Shown here in pieces: positions 29,444 to 39,695 of a stretch of 64,000 bases of DNA. The stretch is from Armatimonadota bacterium (lineage in GTDB: Bacteria > Armatimonadota > UBA5829), in NCBI GenBank assembly GCA_026392045.1, contig JAPLCU010000009.1, positions 247 through 64,246 of the forward strand, written 5' to 3'. Within the stretch, counting starts at the first letter, position 1, and each line of letters begins with the position of its first letter. The notes under the pieces were generated by a model that saw nothing but the letters and a program-made list of their open reading frames with translations, did no database searches and had not been told where the DNA came from. The position numbers and the translations under genes are program-made.

Positions 29444-30676
29444 CTAACTCTGGCTCTGTTCGCCGCCGGGAGAATCTTTGCTTGGGCCGCGGTTTCCACC
29501 GTCGCCTCGTCCGCGTGGGCGGTTGCGGTTGTTGCGATTTTGTCTCGCGCCATCGGTGCGCTCACCCTGGTTCTGGCCGCCGTTGCCGCCTTGCTGAGGC
29601 TTCTGTGGAGACTGCGGCCCGGAGGTTGGCTCTCGGAAAGTAACGCCCTTCGTCGACCGATCTTGTGCAGGACGCTCTCTTGTCGGCTGCTCCGGGCGGC
29701 GATTGCGATTCTCGCTGCTCGGGAACCTGACATCTTCGACAATATCAACGAAATCATCTACAATGTCATCATCTTCTTCATCGTCCGGCAATATAACAAC
29801 AGGGTGATCCGGATCGGCTATAAGGGTCTGGCAGTTTTTCTCTGTCATGCTGCATCCAATGCCATGTCGACGACAAATACCCTCGAGTTTGAGCTGGTTT
29901 GCCGGAACGTGAATTTGCACTCCGTCCTCAGTCTCCATGGTGATTATGTAGTTGATTACATTGACATCCAAAACACGCGCTCTGCCCTTTTCCCATTGCA
30001 GTATCGCGCCGACCGCAGGCAAACGCCTCTGCGATTCTTTGTAATGCTCATGCTCATAGCGCAAGCAGCACATCAGCTTGCCGCAGCATCCGGAAAACTT
30101 GGCTGGGTTGAGAAAAAGGCTTTGGTCCTTGGCCATTTTCATAGAAATGGGTTCGAAGTTGCTGAGAAATGTAGCGCAGCATAGAGGTCTGCCGCAGCCG
30201 CCATAGCCGCCGACCAGTTTCGCCTCGTCTCTCACACCTATCTGATGGAGTTGCACCTTTGTCTTGAGCGCTCCGGCGACATCTTTTACCAATTCGCGGA
30301 AATCGATTCTGCCTTCAGCGGAGAACGAAAATGTAACCTGCGACCCATCGAACGCGCACTCAGCCTCAAGCAGCTTCATCACCAAACCGTGCTCGTTGAT
30401 TTTTCGCTCACAAACTTCATAAGCATTGCGCTCTTTTTCGCGGTTTGCAGCTTCGTGCTCAAGATCAGCTCCATTAGCAACCCGCACAACTCTTTTCAGA
30501 GGCGCAACCAGCTCGACCTCGGAAACCTGACGCGGTTCAAGAACCACCTCGCCAAACTCCACGCCCCGCGCAGTCTCAGCTATAACAAAATCACCCTCTT
30601 TGAGAGCAAGCTCACCAGGGTTGAAATAATAGACTTTTCCAACTTTTCTAAAAGAAATACCCACAACAAGCGGCAT
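29444..30676 (-). CDS. ricT: PSP1-domain stage 0 sporulation family protein (YaaT/RicT)
   Basis: RIDFRELVKD, QIGVRDEAK, CGRPLCC, CGKLMCCLRYE, plus a long disordered tail. Confidence 0.88.
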   Translation of the reverse strand: MPLVVGISFRKVGKVYYFNPGELALKEGDFVIAETARGVEFGEVVLEPRQVSEVELVAPLKRVVRVANGADLEHEAANREKERNAYEVCERKINEHGLVMKLLEAECAFDGSQVTFSFSAEGRIDFRELVKDVAGALKTKVQLHQIGVRDEAKLVGGYGGCGRPLCCATFLSNFEPISMKMAKDQSLFLNPAKFSGCCGKLMCCLRYEHEHYKESQRRLPAVGAILQWEKGRARVLDVNVINYIITMETEDGVQIHVPANQLKLEGICRRHGIGCSMTEKNCQTLIADPDHPVVILPDDEEDDDIVDDFVDIVEDVRFPSSENRNRRPEQPTRERPAQDRSTKGVTFREPTSGPQSPQKPQQGGNGGQNQGERTDGARQNRNNRNRPRGRGDGGNRGPSKDSPGGEQSQS

Positions 30677-30882
30677 AGTATTATCCCCTTATCTACACGA
30701 TAATTCTAACACATTGCCGATTGTCCAGCAAATTTATGAGGGGTCTGAATTAGATTATAGATCAACATCGAGTATTTCTAACTGAACGTGAGATTAGCAA
30801 CCATATAACATCATACGCTTCCGTGGTATAATATATTTGAGCAGATTGCCTGGAGAATTGCCACATTACAGGAGCGGATATC

Positions 30883-31083
30883 ATGGTTTTTAAGGTTGTT
30901 CTGGAGCCCAGTGCGGATGGGGGATACACTGCGATAGTTCCTTCGTTACCTGGATGTATCACTGAAGGCGAGAGCGTTGAAGAGACGATGTGCAACGTCC
31001 GAGAAGCCATCGAGCTATATCTTGAGCCTATAGATGAGTATTCGCTGCCGGAGGGGTCAGTGATAAGGGAGCTAAGTATTTGA
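30883..31083 (+). CDS. hicB: HicB-family antitoxin (short form)
   Basis: DGGYTAIVPSLPGCITEGESVEE...EAIELYLE. Confidence 0.88.
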   Translation: MVFKVVLEPSADGGYTAIVPSLPGCITEGESVEETMCNVREAIELYLEPIDEYSLPEGSVIRELSI

Positions 31084-31307
31084 GCAAAGTTCTCAGCCTC
31101 AACTATCCGGAGATAATCAGGGCGCTTGAGCCCGCCGGCTGGGTAGGAATTCAGCAACGCGGCAGCCGCATTCGCCTGCACAAGTTCGTGGATGGCGAGG
31201 TGATGAAAGTCACCGTGCCCGCGCATAAGCCAGTTAAGCGTTCAACACTGGCTCATATCCTCAAACAAGCCCGGCTTGATATAGACCGATTTCTGGAACT
31301 GCTCTAG
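31080..31307 (+). CDS. hicA: HicA-family toxin with catalytic His replaced by Arg
   Basis: IIRALE..GW...QRGSRIRL...VTVPAH...TL..ILKQA. 4-nt overlap with hicB. Confidence 0.8.
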   Translation: MSKVLSLNYPEIIRALEPAGWVGIQQRGSRIRLHKFVDGEVMKVTVPAHKPVKRSTLAHILKQARLDIDRFLELL

Positions 31308-31338
31308 ACTACACGTTCCAAGAAACTCAAGCCAGCCC

Positions 31339-31959
31339 TCACTCCACATTCGCCCCATGACACTGCGCGAAGTATACGGCTTGAGAGATATCCAAGTGGG
31401 CGTCCTTGATGTCGGCGGTGCGTAGGTCGGCGCCGGATATGTTTGCGCCGCGAAGGTCTGCGCCGATTAATTTTGCCTGGCTGAGGTTTGCTTTGGTCAG
31501 GTCGGCGTCTCGGAGGACGGCATTGGTGAGGTCTGCGCCGGTGAAGTCGGTTTCGGTGAACATAATGCCGCTGAGGTCCAAACCCTCCAGTTTTTGAAAA
31601 CGCAGGCTTGCCCAGGACCAGTTTCCACCCTCGATGGTAACGCCGCCGAGGTTAGCTTCAGCAAAGGTAGCGCCCAGCATGCGGCAGTTTTCAAAGCGTG
31701 AAACAAATAGATCGGCGGCGGTGAATGTGCAATTGTCAAAAGAAGACTCGCAGAAAACTGATGCGTTCATGCGCGCGTTGGTGAAATCGCATTCCTCAAA
31801 CCGGCAATGCGTCGTGCGCAGTTCGCTCAAATCCGCGCCGTTGAATCGGCATTGCGTGAATGAACATTTTACAAGTTCAAGCTCGGATAAATCCTGATGC
31901 TCGAAGTTTTTGTTTGCATAATCCGCTTCAGCAAATTTATTCGGCTTGTCTTGGGTCAT
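31339..31959 (-). CDS. Pentapeptide repeat protein
   Basis: A(D/N)L/F pentapeptide runs throughout. Start MTQDK overlaps the upstream stop (ATGA). Confidence 0.9.
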   Translation of the reverse strand: MTQDKPNKFAEADYANKNFEHQDLSELELVKCSFTQCRFNGADLSELRTTHCRFEECDFTNARMNASVFCESSFDNCTFTAADLFVSRFENCRMLGATFAEANLGGVTIEGGNWSWASLRFQKLEGLDLSGIMFTETDFTGADLTNAVLRDADLTKANLSQAKLIGADLRGANISGADLRTADIKDAHLDISQAVYFAQCHGANVE

Positions 31960-33593
31960 TTGCCGCCCTTGACCTTGTCGATCAGTCCTGGCACATCGTG
32001 AGGAGCCTTCGCGGGAGCCGGAAAGACCTCGTTCAGATACTGCCACCAGCCGTATTTGCGCAGGTAGACCAGATCAAAGATCATACAGCCCTGGGTCTTA
32101 TCCAGGCACTGCCTCATAGATTCCACGAACCTGTCCGGCCGAGCAGCGTATTGATAGACATACAGGCTGCCATAGACGAATGTTGCGTCCTTTACGGCAT
32201 TCATAGACTCTTCCGTCGCCGCCTCCACGCTCTTCCACTCTTCATCACCTGCGGCGATAGCGTCTTTGCGGGTGGGGTGAGTGTAATAGCAGCCCGTGCA
32301 CATATAATCTACAAGGTTGGCGTAGCCGGTTTCCTCGTAGCCATCCGGCCACCATTCATGCTGCGCAGTGTTGGCGCTGCTGCCCCAATTGACCCCGACA
32401 TCATAATACATGGGATACCAAGACCCCACATATATGCCTAGCTTGACGGTGGGTTTGGCCATTTTCACGGTCTTTCTGGCCTCAGCAAGGAAATCATGCA
32501 TCACTGTAGCGCGGAACTTGACCCAGTCCTTGAAATGCATGCCTCGGATTATATCATCGCCAGGGATGGGATTTCGCTTGTAGATATCGTAAGGCCAGTT
32601 TGCGATTTTCTTGCCAAGGAATTTCTCGAATGCTGCTCGGCTTGCATCGCTAAAATCAGTGTAGATGTTTGGGTAGCGCATGCGATCGAGCACGATGCCG
32701 TCTACTGCGTATTTGCGGCAAATCTCTTTGATTATGCTCAGCTCATAAGCCCTGACTTCAGGGTTCACCGGGTTCACGAATATGGCGTTGTGAACGTTGC
32801 TCAACTCTCCAATCTTCATGAAGCGCTCGTTTCCCTCAATGTGGAGTCGAACTTTATTATCTGAACAATCTTTGAGCCATTGCCCAGCCTCGCCGGCGCC
32901 TAGAAGCAGGAATCCGCCCTCGGGGTTGGAAATGCGAGCCTTACCCGTCGCAATGCCGCACGATATCGGTTTGCCATCGTGAGTGATTCTCAAATATGTC
33001 GTGTTTGGCGGCAAGACACCCGCCGGTTTGGAACCAGCGCCGTAGAGGCAGATATCGCCCACCATATAAGGCGTGTTCGAGCAGGTCATCTTCATCCTGG
33101 CGCCATTGTCACCAACCAGGAACCGCTCCACCTCATACTGCACGCATTGCCAGTCCGGATTCTTATAAGCCGGACCACCAGGAACATTCGCCGCGCCCTC
33201 GCTGAACACATTCATAGCCGCATGAATATTAATGCCAACTTTGTGGGCTTCTTCAATTACCGTCTGCAGCAGATCGTATTTTTGCGGATAATGCCTGCCT
33301 TCCCATTCGGTCAGGTGCGGTGCGATCTTGCTATTGTATAAAACCAGACCGCATAGCGGCTTCACATCCAGCACAATAGTATTTATGTGAGCGGCTTTGC
33401 ATTGCGCTACGGCCTCTGCCACGCCAGATCGAGTAGAAAGCTCCCAGAGGTTGGCTTCCGCATCGAACCATACCACCCGGCCCTGCAAACCCATTTGCTT
33501 AGCTATAAGGTTTGCGCGGCTGTCATCCGCCGCACCCGAAGAGACGAACATTAGTGTTATCCCTACTATTATCAGTATTTTGATAAACATCAT
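31956..33593 (-). CDS. Glycoside hydrolase-like family 10 (GHL10/DUF187) protein, secreted
   Basis: Signal peptide, YDLL...EEAH..GI..HA, NP.NPEVR, Y.VDGIVLDR.RY. Confidence 0.8.
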   Translation of the reverse strand: MMFIKILIIVGITLMFVSSGAADDSRANLIAKQMGLQGRVVWFDAEANLWELSTRSGVAEAVAQCKAAHINTIVLDVKPLCGLVLYNSKIAPHLTEWEGRHYPQKYDLLQTVIEEAHKVGINIHAAMNVFSEGAANVPGGPAYKNPDWQCVQYEVERFLVGDNGARMKMTCSNTPYMVGDICLYGAGSKPAGVLPPNTTYLRITHDGKPISCGIATGKARISNPEGGFLLLGAGEAGQWLKDCSDNKVRLHIEGNERFMKIGELSNVHNAIFVNPVNPEVRAYELSIIKEICRKYAVDGIVLDRMRYPNIYTDFSDASRAAFEKFLGKKIANWPYDIYKRNPIPGDDIIRGMHFKDWVKFRATVMHDFLAEARKTVKMAKPTVKLGIYVGSWYPMYYDVGVNWGSSANTAQHEWWPDGYEETGYANLVDYMCTGCYYTHPTRKDAIAAGDEEWKSVEAATEESMNAVKDATFVYGSLYVYQYAARPDRFVESMRQCLDKTQGCMIFDLVYLRKYGWWQYLNEVFPAPAKAPHDVPGLIDKVKGGK

Positions 33594-33653
33594 TTACAAG
33601 TTCGGGCGTCCCGATTTAATCGGGACAGCCCGCAATCATTGTCTGATGCCTGG

Positions 33654-35450
33654 TTACGACCTCACTACGACCGTTGCCGGATAGTTCGAGCCTGCCACCG
33701 GGATGGTTATAATATTTACGTTTCGTTCCTCACCCGGTTTCAGCTGGTAAGAAACCAGCGGGTAATCATTCGGCGGCTTAGCATATTTGATCGCAACCAA
33801 AGCGCCGTTAATCATGAATACCCCGGATGCAAGTCCCGCAGTCGGGTCGAAAGCTACAATTACCTTTTTTGTATTATCGGTCGGGTTTTCAATTCTTAAG
33901 TTTATATCGTAGGTCACGCCGTAGTTGCCGTAGAGCTTTTTCTGTGAGCTGGCCTCAGTCACGGCGTGCTTACCGATGGGAATAAACACCCATTGCCTGC
34001 CGACGATGTAGTTTGTGTCGATATTTTTCACGGGGCTTGAGTAGACCTGCTCAGACATGGACGCAACAAACGGGTTCGGCGATGGCGTTATATCGCCTCT
34101 TGCCACATTATCCAGACCAAGCGGGTTGGATACCACTTTCACATAAGCCGGGTTGCCGCTCATCTGCCTTATCTCAACAACTCCACTGATGGTTTCGTTG
34201 TGCTTCAATTTGTGCGCAACGAGGACAAGGCGAGATTGCGGCGGCACCGTCTCGATTACGCTGACCTCGTTCTTATAATCTGTCATGAATGCCGTAGTTG
34301 CCATGTAACCGACCAAAACAGTATTTATTGACGGGCTCGACACCCCTCGAAAAACTCTGAACATAGCAGGAGTGCTGCCAGTGTTTATGATATCAACAAT
34401 AAAATGGGCGCGCTTGCCCATGTCATTTTGATGATGGAAAAGAAGCCGCGTGGACTTGTCCAGCTCCAACTTGCCCGCGAATAGCGTCTGATATTTCAGC
34501 AATCGCTCGGGGTTGTTGCTATAGAAAAGCTGCCGGACTGTTTCGCTCGGCATCAAGGAGTTGTTGACCTGCACCACCGTTTTGCTGGTAGATGGTATGT
34601 AGCCAACGCCTGAAACAGTGATATTTACATCCACCTGCCGTGACCGGCTTCGCCCAAGCGCGCCGCCATTGACATCAACGCTGCCAATCCGCACCATCGC
34701 GCCCGCCTCATGAACTGCCAAGCGAGATGCAGCCTGAACAGCCGCATATCCAACAGTGCTGCTCGGGCACGGGTTGCCGGTGACTTCTGCAAACGCCATA
34801 TTCCCGACTTTGCCTGCGTATTTGCGGACCGTCACAAGGAGCATGACAGTTTCGCCCTCTACGCTGACCTCCAGCTGAGTGGCGCCGGTCTTCAGACCGG
34901 TTATTTGGATATTTCGGTCATAATCATTGGCAGTAACCTGGGCGACATCTTCATCGGCCGCTATGACCGATATCGGCCCGCCGGCCGCCCCGCCCACGGT
35001 GACACTTCGATTTTCTCCAAGCGGCACCAGAATGCTGCTGTCGCTGAGTTTTATTGGGGGAAGCGCAATGAGCGACTTCATATTGGAAACCCAAATATTT
35101 GCCAACGCAATCGCGCTTGTGCCGTTTTCTTTGGCGTCCTTTGCAGTCGCCACGCAGATGAAAGTCTCGCCTGCGTAGATGCGTCCGGCGCTTCCCCGGG
35201 ACTTAACATACAAAGATTTAGCGCTCAGGCCAGCGTCTATGAGCGCTTTGAGGCGTGTGGCTGCCAAAGCCGCTCTGTCCGCAGGTGGAAGCAATCCGTT
35301 TGTGGTCAAAAATCGCGCGGCAGGCTTACCATTGATGAGCAAAGCGCCCGCATCCGTGCTCACCTTGGGCTTGAACTCCGCCCACGCAGTTCCGGAAATC
35401 ACCGCAAGGATTACGGCAGCCGTTACACACAGTTTTCCTCTGAAAAGCAT
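33654..35450 (-). CDS. Secreted hypothetical protein with Ig/pilus-N-like middle domain
   Basis: Signal peptide (AWA-E), I.G.K.G.T.L.V segment, YSNNPE and GNYGV.Y motifs. Confidence 0.6.
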   Translation of the reverse strand: MLFRGKLCVTAAVILAVISGTAWAEFKPKVSTDAGALLINGKPAARFLTTNGLLPPADRAALAATRLKALIDAGLSAKSLYVKSRGSAGRIYAGETFICVATAKDAKENGTSAIALANIWVSNMKSLIALPPIKLSDSSILVPLGENRSVTVGGAAGGPISVIAADEDVAQVTANDYDRNIQITGLKTGATQLEVSVEGETVMLLVTVRKYAGKVGNMAFAEVTGNPCPSSTVGYAAVQAASRLAVHEAGAMVRIGSVDVNGGALGRSRSRQVDVNITVSGVGYIPSTSKTVVQVNNSLMPSETVRQLFYSNNPERLLKYQTLFAGKLELDKSTRLLFHHQNDMGKRAHFIVDIINTGSTPAMFRVFRGVSSPSINTVLVGYMATTAFMTDYKNEVSVIETVPPQSRLVLVAHKLKHNETISGVVEIRQMSGNPAYVKVVSNPLGLDNVARGDITPSPNPFVASMSEQVYSSPVKNIDTNYIVGRQWVFIPIGKHAVTEASSQKKLYGNYGVTYDINLRIENPTDNTKKVIVAFDPTAGLASGVFMINGALVAIKYAKPPNDYPLVSYQLKPGEERNVNIITIPVAGSNYPATVVVRS

Positions 35451-35546
35451 TCAAAAACCCCCTGCAAATCACCAAAAAAAACGGGGAAAGTCCCCAAATA
35501 GTCTTTCCCCAAATAGGTACATATTGTCTATTCTTACATAGTAATT

Positions 35547-35831
35547 CTATTGCTCAACGGCGATGGTGTCAAGCTGTCTGAACGATTCCTTGCATTGCGC
35601 AGACAGTATTTTGGCATCGAAAGGTAGAACCCGAAGATTGGTCGAGACTGATGAAGTGGCAATAAATTCTGGTCCATCTTGCTTCATCCTCCCTTCGATG
35701 ACTTTAACCGTATAGGTTCCGTGGGTTTTGAATGTGTAAATGGCTGAGATAACCAGGTAATAGGCGCTTGTCTGATTGGGATTGATCTCATTGGACCCGC
35801 CGCCAATGAAGTCCAGGAGAACGGGCCGCAA
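35547..35831 (-). pseudogene. Possible gene fragment beside the IS
   Basis: 94-aa ORF with a TTG start, no clear RBS, next to the ISL3 insertion. Confidence 0.25.
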
Positions 35832-35875
35832 CCGGTAATGTGCACCACATCAATGGTAAATCAACAAAAATATCT

Positions 35876-37340
35876 GGCGCTATGGGCTTTTGTGTGGATA
35901 GAGCGCCAGTTTTCTGAGAAAGAAGAGGATTGCGATTCGATAACTGGCAAAGCGTCTGAATCCATGTGCGCAGGCTTTGATATGCTGGATACGGCTATTC
36001 AAGCCCTCAGCCATTGCGTTTGTACGACGGTGCCGTAAGTAGGCCAGCAGACCGGTCAGATGCCTATTCAACATATCCGCCACTTTGGTGAGATGCCGTG
36101 TTGCCGAGGGCGAGGGCGTCCTCATACCATTGAGTGAAGAAGAGATGGCCCTCCTCGATGGTGTTGCAGGCAAAGAAAGAACGAAAGGTTTCTTTGAACG
36201 ACCAGACTTTGGCAGTGGCTAAGTCCTGATCCCGCAGGTCAGCAAATCGCTCGCGTTGAGTGTCGGTGAAGCGGTCTGGCCCTTTGAGCCAGAGGTATTT
36301 GCTGTTTTTGAGAGTGTAACAGTCCTGTTGGAGTAGCGTTTTATGCTCGGCCCGCGGGGTTTTATCCACGGCGGCGTTGAGGTATTGGGCGGTGTGAAAG
36401 CGGTCATGGATGATATCTGCTTGAGTTAGGATTGTCTGAGCGGCATTCATGAATGCTTCCCACATGTCCATGGTGATCGAGCGTACGCCGCAGCGCTGGG
36501 TGCCTGTGAGGGTCTCGGTAAGCAAGGCGCTCGTGGCATCTTTCATGCGGGTTTCGCACACATCGAGGCCACGTCCGGCGATGGCATCGCCCAGCACAGT
36601 CATGTACTGGTGCCCGCGGGCGAAGCTCTTCTCATCGAGGGTGAGATGCTCAATCACTTCGTCTTCGTCCCGACGTTTGAGGCCACGGTGAACTGCACGC
36701 TCCATGAGATCATGAACCTGGTTGGGGGTGAGTCCCAGGAGGCCGGCTGTTTTGGCTTGCATCTGTGTTGCGAGGAGAATGTCAATCGCAAAGCGCTCAA
36801 ATAGGAGTGTGAAGCGGGAATGTGGCTCGCACCAGGGCAAGGCGGCGGTCAGAACCCCGTGGGTCTCACAGCGCACCCGTGGCGCTTCGGCAACCAAGTA
36901 AGTCTGGAACTGGCAACTGTCAAGATGCCGCCAAGTACACTCCTTGCGGTGATCGTAGAGCGTGGCAGGCTCGCCAAATGTGGGACAGCTCCAGATCGCA
37001 TCCGTAGCCTCCACGAGATAAACATACACGGCGATCTCCTCAATGTTGAGGGAAACGCGGTCAACGGTCCACGGGGATTCGACCCCCAAGAGTTGGCGGT
37101 AAAGTTCAATGTCTTGCATACCGAAGAGTATATGGGATTTGCGGAAAATGGACAAGAGTAGCACTGGTGGGAGGGGGCACTGGAGGCACCCTGATTGAAC
37201 CGGATCGAAAATAAACTGAAAATAACTGGCGCGAGGGGTTGACAATGCTCAAATTTCATGGTGCTTTGAACTTAGTAGCTTGGGGCAGATGATGTGCGCA
37301 TGAGCAATAGTGTTTATCCACAAACTTCCCCATTGCGCCC
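35876..37340 (-). mobile_element. ISL3-family insertion sequence with 8-bp target site duplication
   Basis: Imperfect IRs GGCGCTATGGGCTTTTGTGTGGATA / GGGCGCAATGGGGAAGTTTGTGGATA. Flanked by AAATATCT at 35868-35875 and 37341-37348. Confidence 0.9.
35880..37119 (-). pseudogene. ISL3 transposase, frameshifted near 36100
   Basis: WRHLD, LDEK, MDMW, HDRFH in one frame. TNAMAEGLNSRIQ..K..A.GF in a second frame. Zinc finger CPxC degraded to CPTF. Confidence 0.88.
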
Positions 37341-37402
37341 AAATATCTAAAGCAAGGCTTAATAACTCAATATTAAGGAGGTATACTCAAAACAAGTCTG
37401 TT

Positions 37403-37418
37403 TGGCACGATTCTTGCT
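37403..37418 (+). promoter_or_regulatory. Sigma54 (-24/-12) promoter
   Basis: TGGCACGATTCTTGCT matches TGGCACG-N4-TTGCW exactly, upstream of the PEP-CTERM gene. Confidence 0.8.
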
Positions 37419-37494
37419 AGTGTTATCTATATAAGCTCAACCATTAGCTTTAAACCATCCTTAGAGAAAATTCCTGAAATGGAGAAAAGAATCT

Positions 37495-38169
37495 ATGAAA
37501 ATGTTAAGAAAGAGACTCGTTTTAGTAATTGCAATCGGGCTGATTGCAATCGGGCTGATCGCAATAGCAACATGCTCTTTTGCGGCAACCGTCTCGTATA
37601 ACACGTCGACGCCTATAGCGTATTCAACAACTGACTGGGTAAATGCTTTGATGTTCCAGCAGTTCAACACTGCGCTCGGCACCCTTACTCAGGTAGACCT
37701 GTCGATAACCTCCGCGATTCAAACCACTTTGACCGTGGAAAACCAGGCTGATTCAGACTCGAGTGGCAATGCAAAGACTCACCTAACGGTAACAGCTATA
37801 GATCCCAACAGTTTGTTGACCCTGGTGCCGAATATCTATAGCCCTGCGTTTAACTACATCTTGACCCCCTGGCAAGTTGCAACCTCTGGATTACTCGAAA
37901 ATAACGGAACCGACTTTGGGTCCTGGACATCTACGCCAATTCTGACGGAGTTCACAGGTTCAGGCAACATTGGTATAGGTCTCCTCACTTTCACTGAGAC
38001 AGTAACTGCCAACACCGGCGGCAACACCGTATCCAGCCAGGTAACGGATGCGAACGCGACAGGAACCGTCACATATCATTATGAAGTCGTTCCTGAACCG
38101 GGCAGCATACTCGTTCTGAGCAGCGCACTCATTGGTTTACTGGGTTTTGCGCGTAAGCGCAAGAACTAA
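37495..38169 (+). CDS. PEP-CTERM sorting-domain protein (choice-of-anchor E-like)
   Basis: Signal peptide, Thr/Ser-rich body, C-terminal VPEPGS, TM helix, then RKRKN. Confidence 0.9.
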   Translation: MKMLRKRLVLVIAIGLIAIGLIAIATCSFAATVSYNTSTPIAYSTTDWVNALMFQQFNTALGTLTQVDLSITSAIQTTLTVENQADSDSSGNAKTHLTVTAIDPNSLLTLVPNIYSPAFNYILTPWQVATSGLLENNGTDFGSWTSTPILTEFTGSGNIGIGLLTFTETVTANTGGNTVSSQVTDANATGTVTYHYEVVPEPGSILVLSSALIGLLGFARKRKN

Positions 38170-38189
38170 GGCAGTAAGTTTAAATTATC

Positions 38190-38223
38190 AAGCTCCCGAC
38201 CAATACGGTCGGGAGCTTTTTTT
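38190..38223 (+). terminator. Rho-independent terminator
   Basis: AAGCTCCCGACC-aatac-GGTCGGGAGCTT followed by a T run. Confidence 0.85.
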
Positions 38224-38257
38224 GTTTGGGTCGGTCTAAATGTGAGGTCTATTTGGA

Positions 38258-38821
38258 CTACCGTTCTTTGCTGATGAGCGTCATGAACTCCGTGCGGGTC
38301 GAAACGGACTCGTGGAAGCTGCCTAGCACGCTCGATGTGGTCATCATAGAGTTCTGCTTTTCCACCCCGCGCATCATCATGCAAAGGTGCTGGGCCTCAA
38401 TTACAACGCCCACGCCCTCACAGTCAACGAAGCTCTTAATGGCTCGCGCAATCTGCTGCGTTAGCCTTTCCTGAATCTGCAGCCGCCTGGCGTAGCAATC
38501 GACTATCCTCGCAAGTTTGCTTACACCCAGCACTTTATCTTTTGAAATGTAACCTATATGACACCGGCCAAAAAACGGCAGCATGTGATGCTCGCATATA
38601 CTATAAACTTCTATATCGCGCACAACCACCATGTTGTTGGTGGAATGCGTGAATATTGCGCCGTTGATCACTTCTTCTATAGTCTGCTTGTAACCCTTGA
38701 GCATAAACTCATAGGCTGCAGCCACTCTTTTGGGCGTGTCCTGCAAGCCCTCTCTATTCGGGTCTTCGCCGAGTTCTATCAGCAATTGTCTGACAAGCTC
38801 TGCGATGCGTTCCTGGTTCAT
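38258..38821 (-). CDS. folE: GTP cyclohydrolase I
   Basis: REGL.DTP.RVA, CEHH, SKLARIV, QIQERLT, H.CM..RG. Confidence 0.96.
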   Translation of the reverse strand: MNQERIAELVRQLLIELGEDPNREGLQDTPKRVAAAYEFMLKGYKQTIEEVINGAIFTHSTNNMVVVRDIEVYSICEHHMLPFFGRCHIGYISKDKVLGVSKLARIVDCYARRLQIQERLTQQIARAIKSFVDCEGVGVVIEAQHLCMMMRGVEKQNSMMTTSSVLGSFHESVSTRTEFMTLISKER

Positions 38822-39333
38822 GTTCCTATCTCCTTGCGCAGTGCGGCGGTAAAATCTACGAGCGGGCGCATCAAATTCGAGACCAATGAGCGAGCTATAT
38901 CCAATATGCGATCTCCGCTTTCGGGCAAGACCAAATTCGGGTCCATCTCCGCAATCGCCGCCGCCGCAAACGCCCTGGTGTATATATCGGGGTCCGGAAT
39001 AATAAGTTCCGGTTCGTCTATAACGGCATCCCCATATATCATTATATCAAGGTCTATGGTTCTTGGGCTATATTTATTCTCAGTTCTCAGCCTGCCGAGA
39101 GATTTTTCTATGCCGCGGAGCGCTTCGAACTTGAGCGCGTGCGCTGGGATATCAGTTTCGATAAGCGCTGCGCCGTTGATGAAATCGGGCGAATTGGAAT
39201 TTCCCACGGCAGGGGTTTGGTAAAAAGTCGACACCGCAATGACCCTCACCCGCGCTTTGAGCATCTTTACGGCGGCGGTAATATTTCTCTCCGGGTCTAT
39301 ATTCGAGCCGATTCCCACGTATACCCGCGCCAT
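38818..39333 (-). CDS. folK: 6-hydroxymethyl-7,8-dihydropterin pyrophosphokinase
   Basis: [24 protein letters not shown]. Confidence 0.92.
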   Translation of the reverse strand: MARVYVGIGSNIDPERNITAAVKMLKARVRVIAVSTFYQTPAVGNSNSPDFINGAALIETDIPAHALKFEALRGIEKSLGRLRTENKYSPRTIDLDIMIYGDAVIDEPELIIPDPDIYTRAFAAAAIAEMDPNLVLPESGDRILDIARSLVSNLMRPLVDFTAALRKEIGT

Positions 39334-39335
39334 AT

Positions 39336-39695
39336 CTAAACTTGCTCGCGTTTGCGGGATATTTCGACCCCGACCGTTCGCGCGTAACGCAGGGCGGAGG
39401 GTTTTTCCACCAGCACATCCACCTGTTCAACTCTATCGAACTCAAGACACGCCTGCGCGATTGCCGCAGCCAGGGCTTCGACAAGCTGAAACTGCGAGCT
39501 TTCCACCAACGCCAAAACGCGCTGCTTCACGGCTTTGTAATCGATGGTGTCGTTGAAGTCATCCGTCACACCGGCTTGCATCAGATTGGCATGCAGGGTG
39601 ATATTGATTACAACTTCTTGCTTTACCTCGCGCTCGTGCTCGTAAATGCCTATGATGCACTTGAGCGCTAAGTCTCGAATGTGGATTTTATCCAC
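39336..39695 (-). CDS. folB: Dihydroneopterin aldolase/epimerase (FolB/FolX family)
   Basis: IG.YEHER, TIDY, LVEALA, VEKP..LRYA. Confidence 0.85.
   Translation of the reverse strand: MDKIHIRDLALKCIIGIYEHEREVKQEVVINITLHANLMQAGVTDDFNDTIDYKAVKQRVLALVESSQFQLVEALAAAIAQACLEFDRVEQVDVLVEKPSALRYARTVGVEISRKREQV

Noticed and set aside
31339-31959. Qnr/MfpA quinolone-resistance gene
   Set aside because: Pentapeptide repeats alone do not establish this, and the gene is coupled to a glycoside hydrolase-like gene in a non-mobile context.
35880-36173. Programmed frameshift in the ISL3 transposase
   Set aside because: ISL3 transposases are single-ORF, no slippery run is evident at the junction, and other decay (CPxC to CPTF) indicates a pseudogene.
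37528-37566. 15-bp tandem duplication (IAIGL x2) in the PEP-CTERM signal peptide as a phase-variation switch
   Set aside because: The unit is in frame, so copy changes would only alter hydrophobic length.
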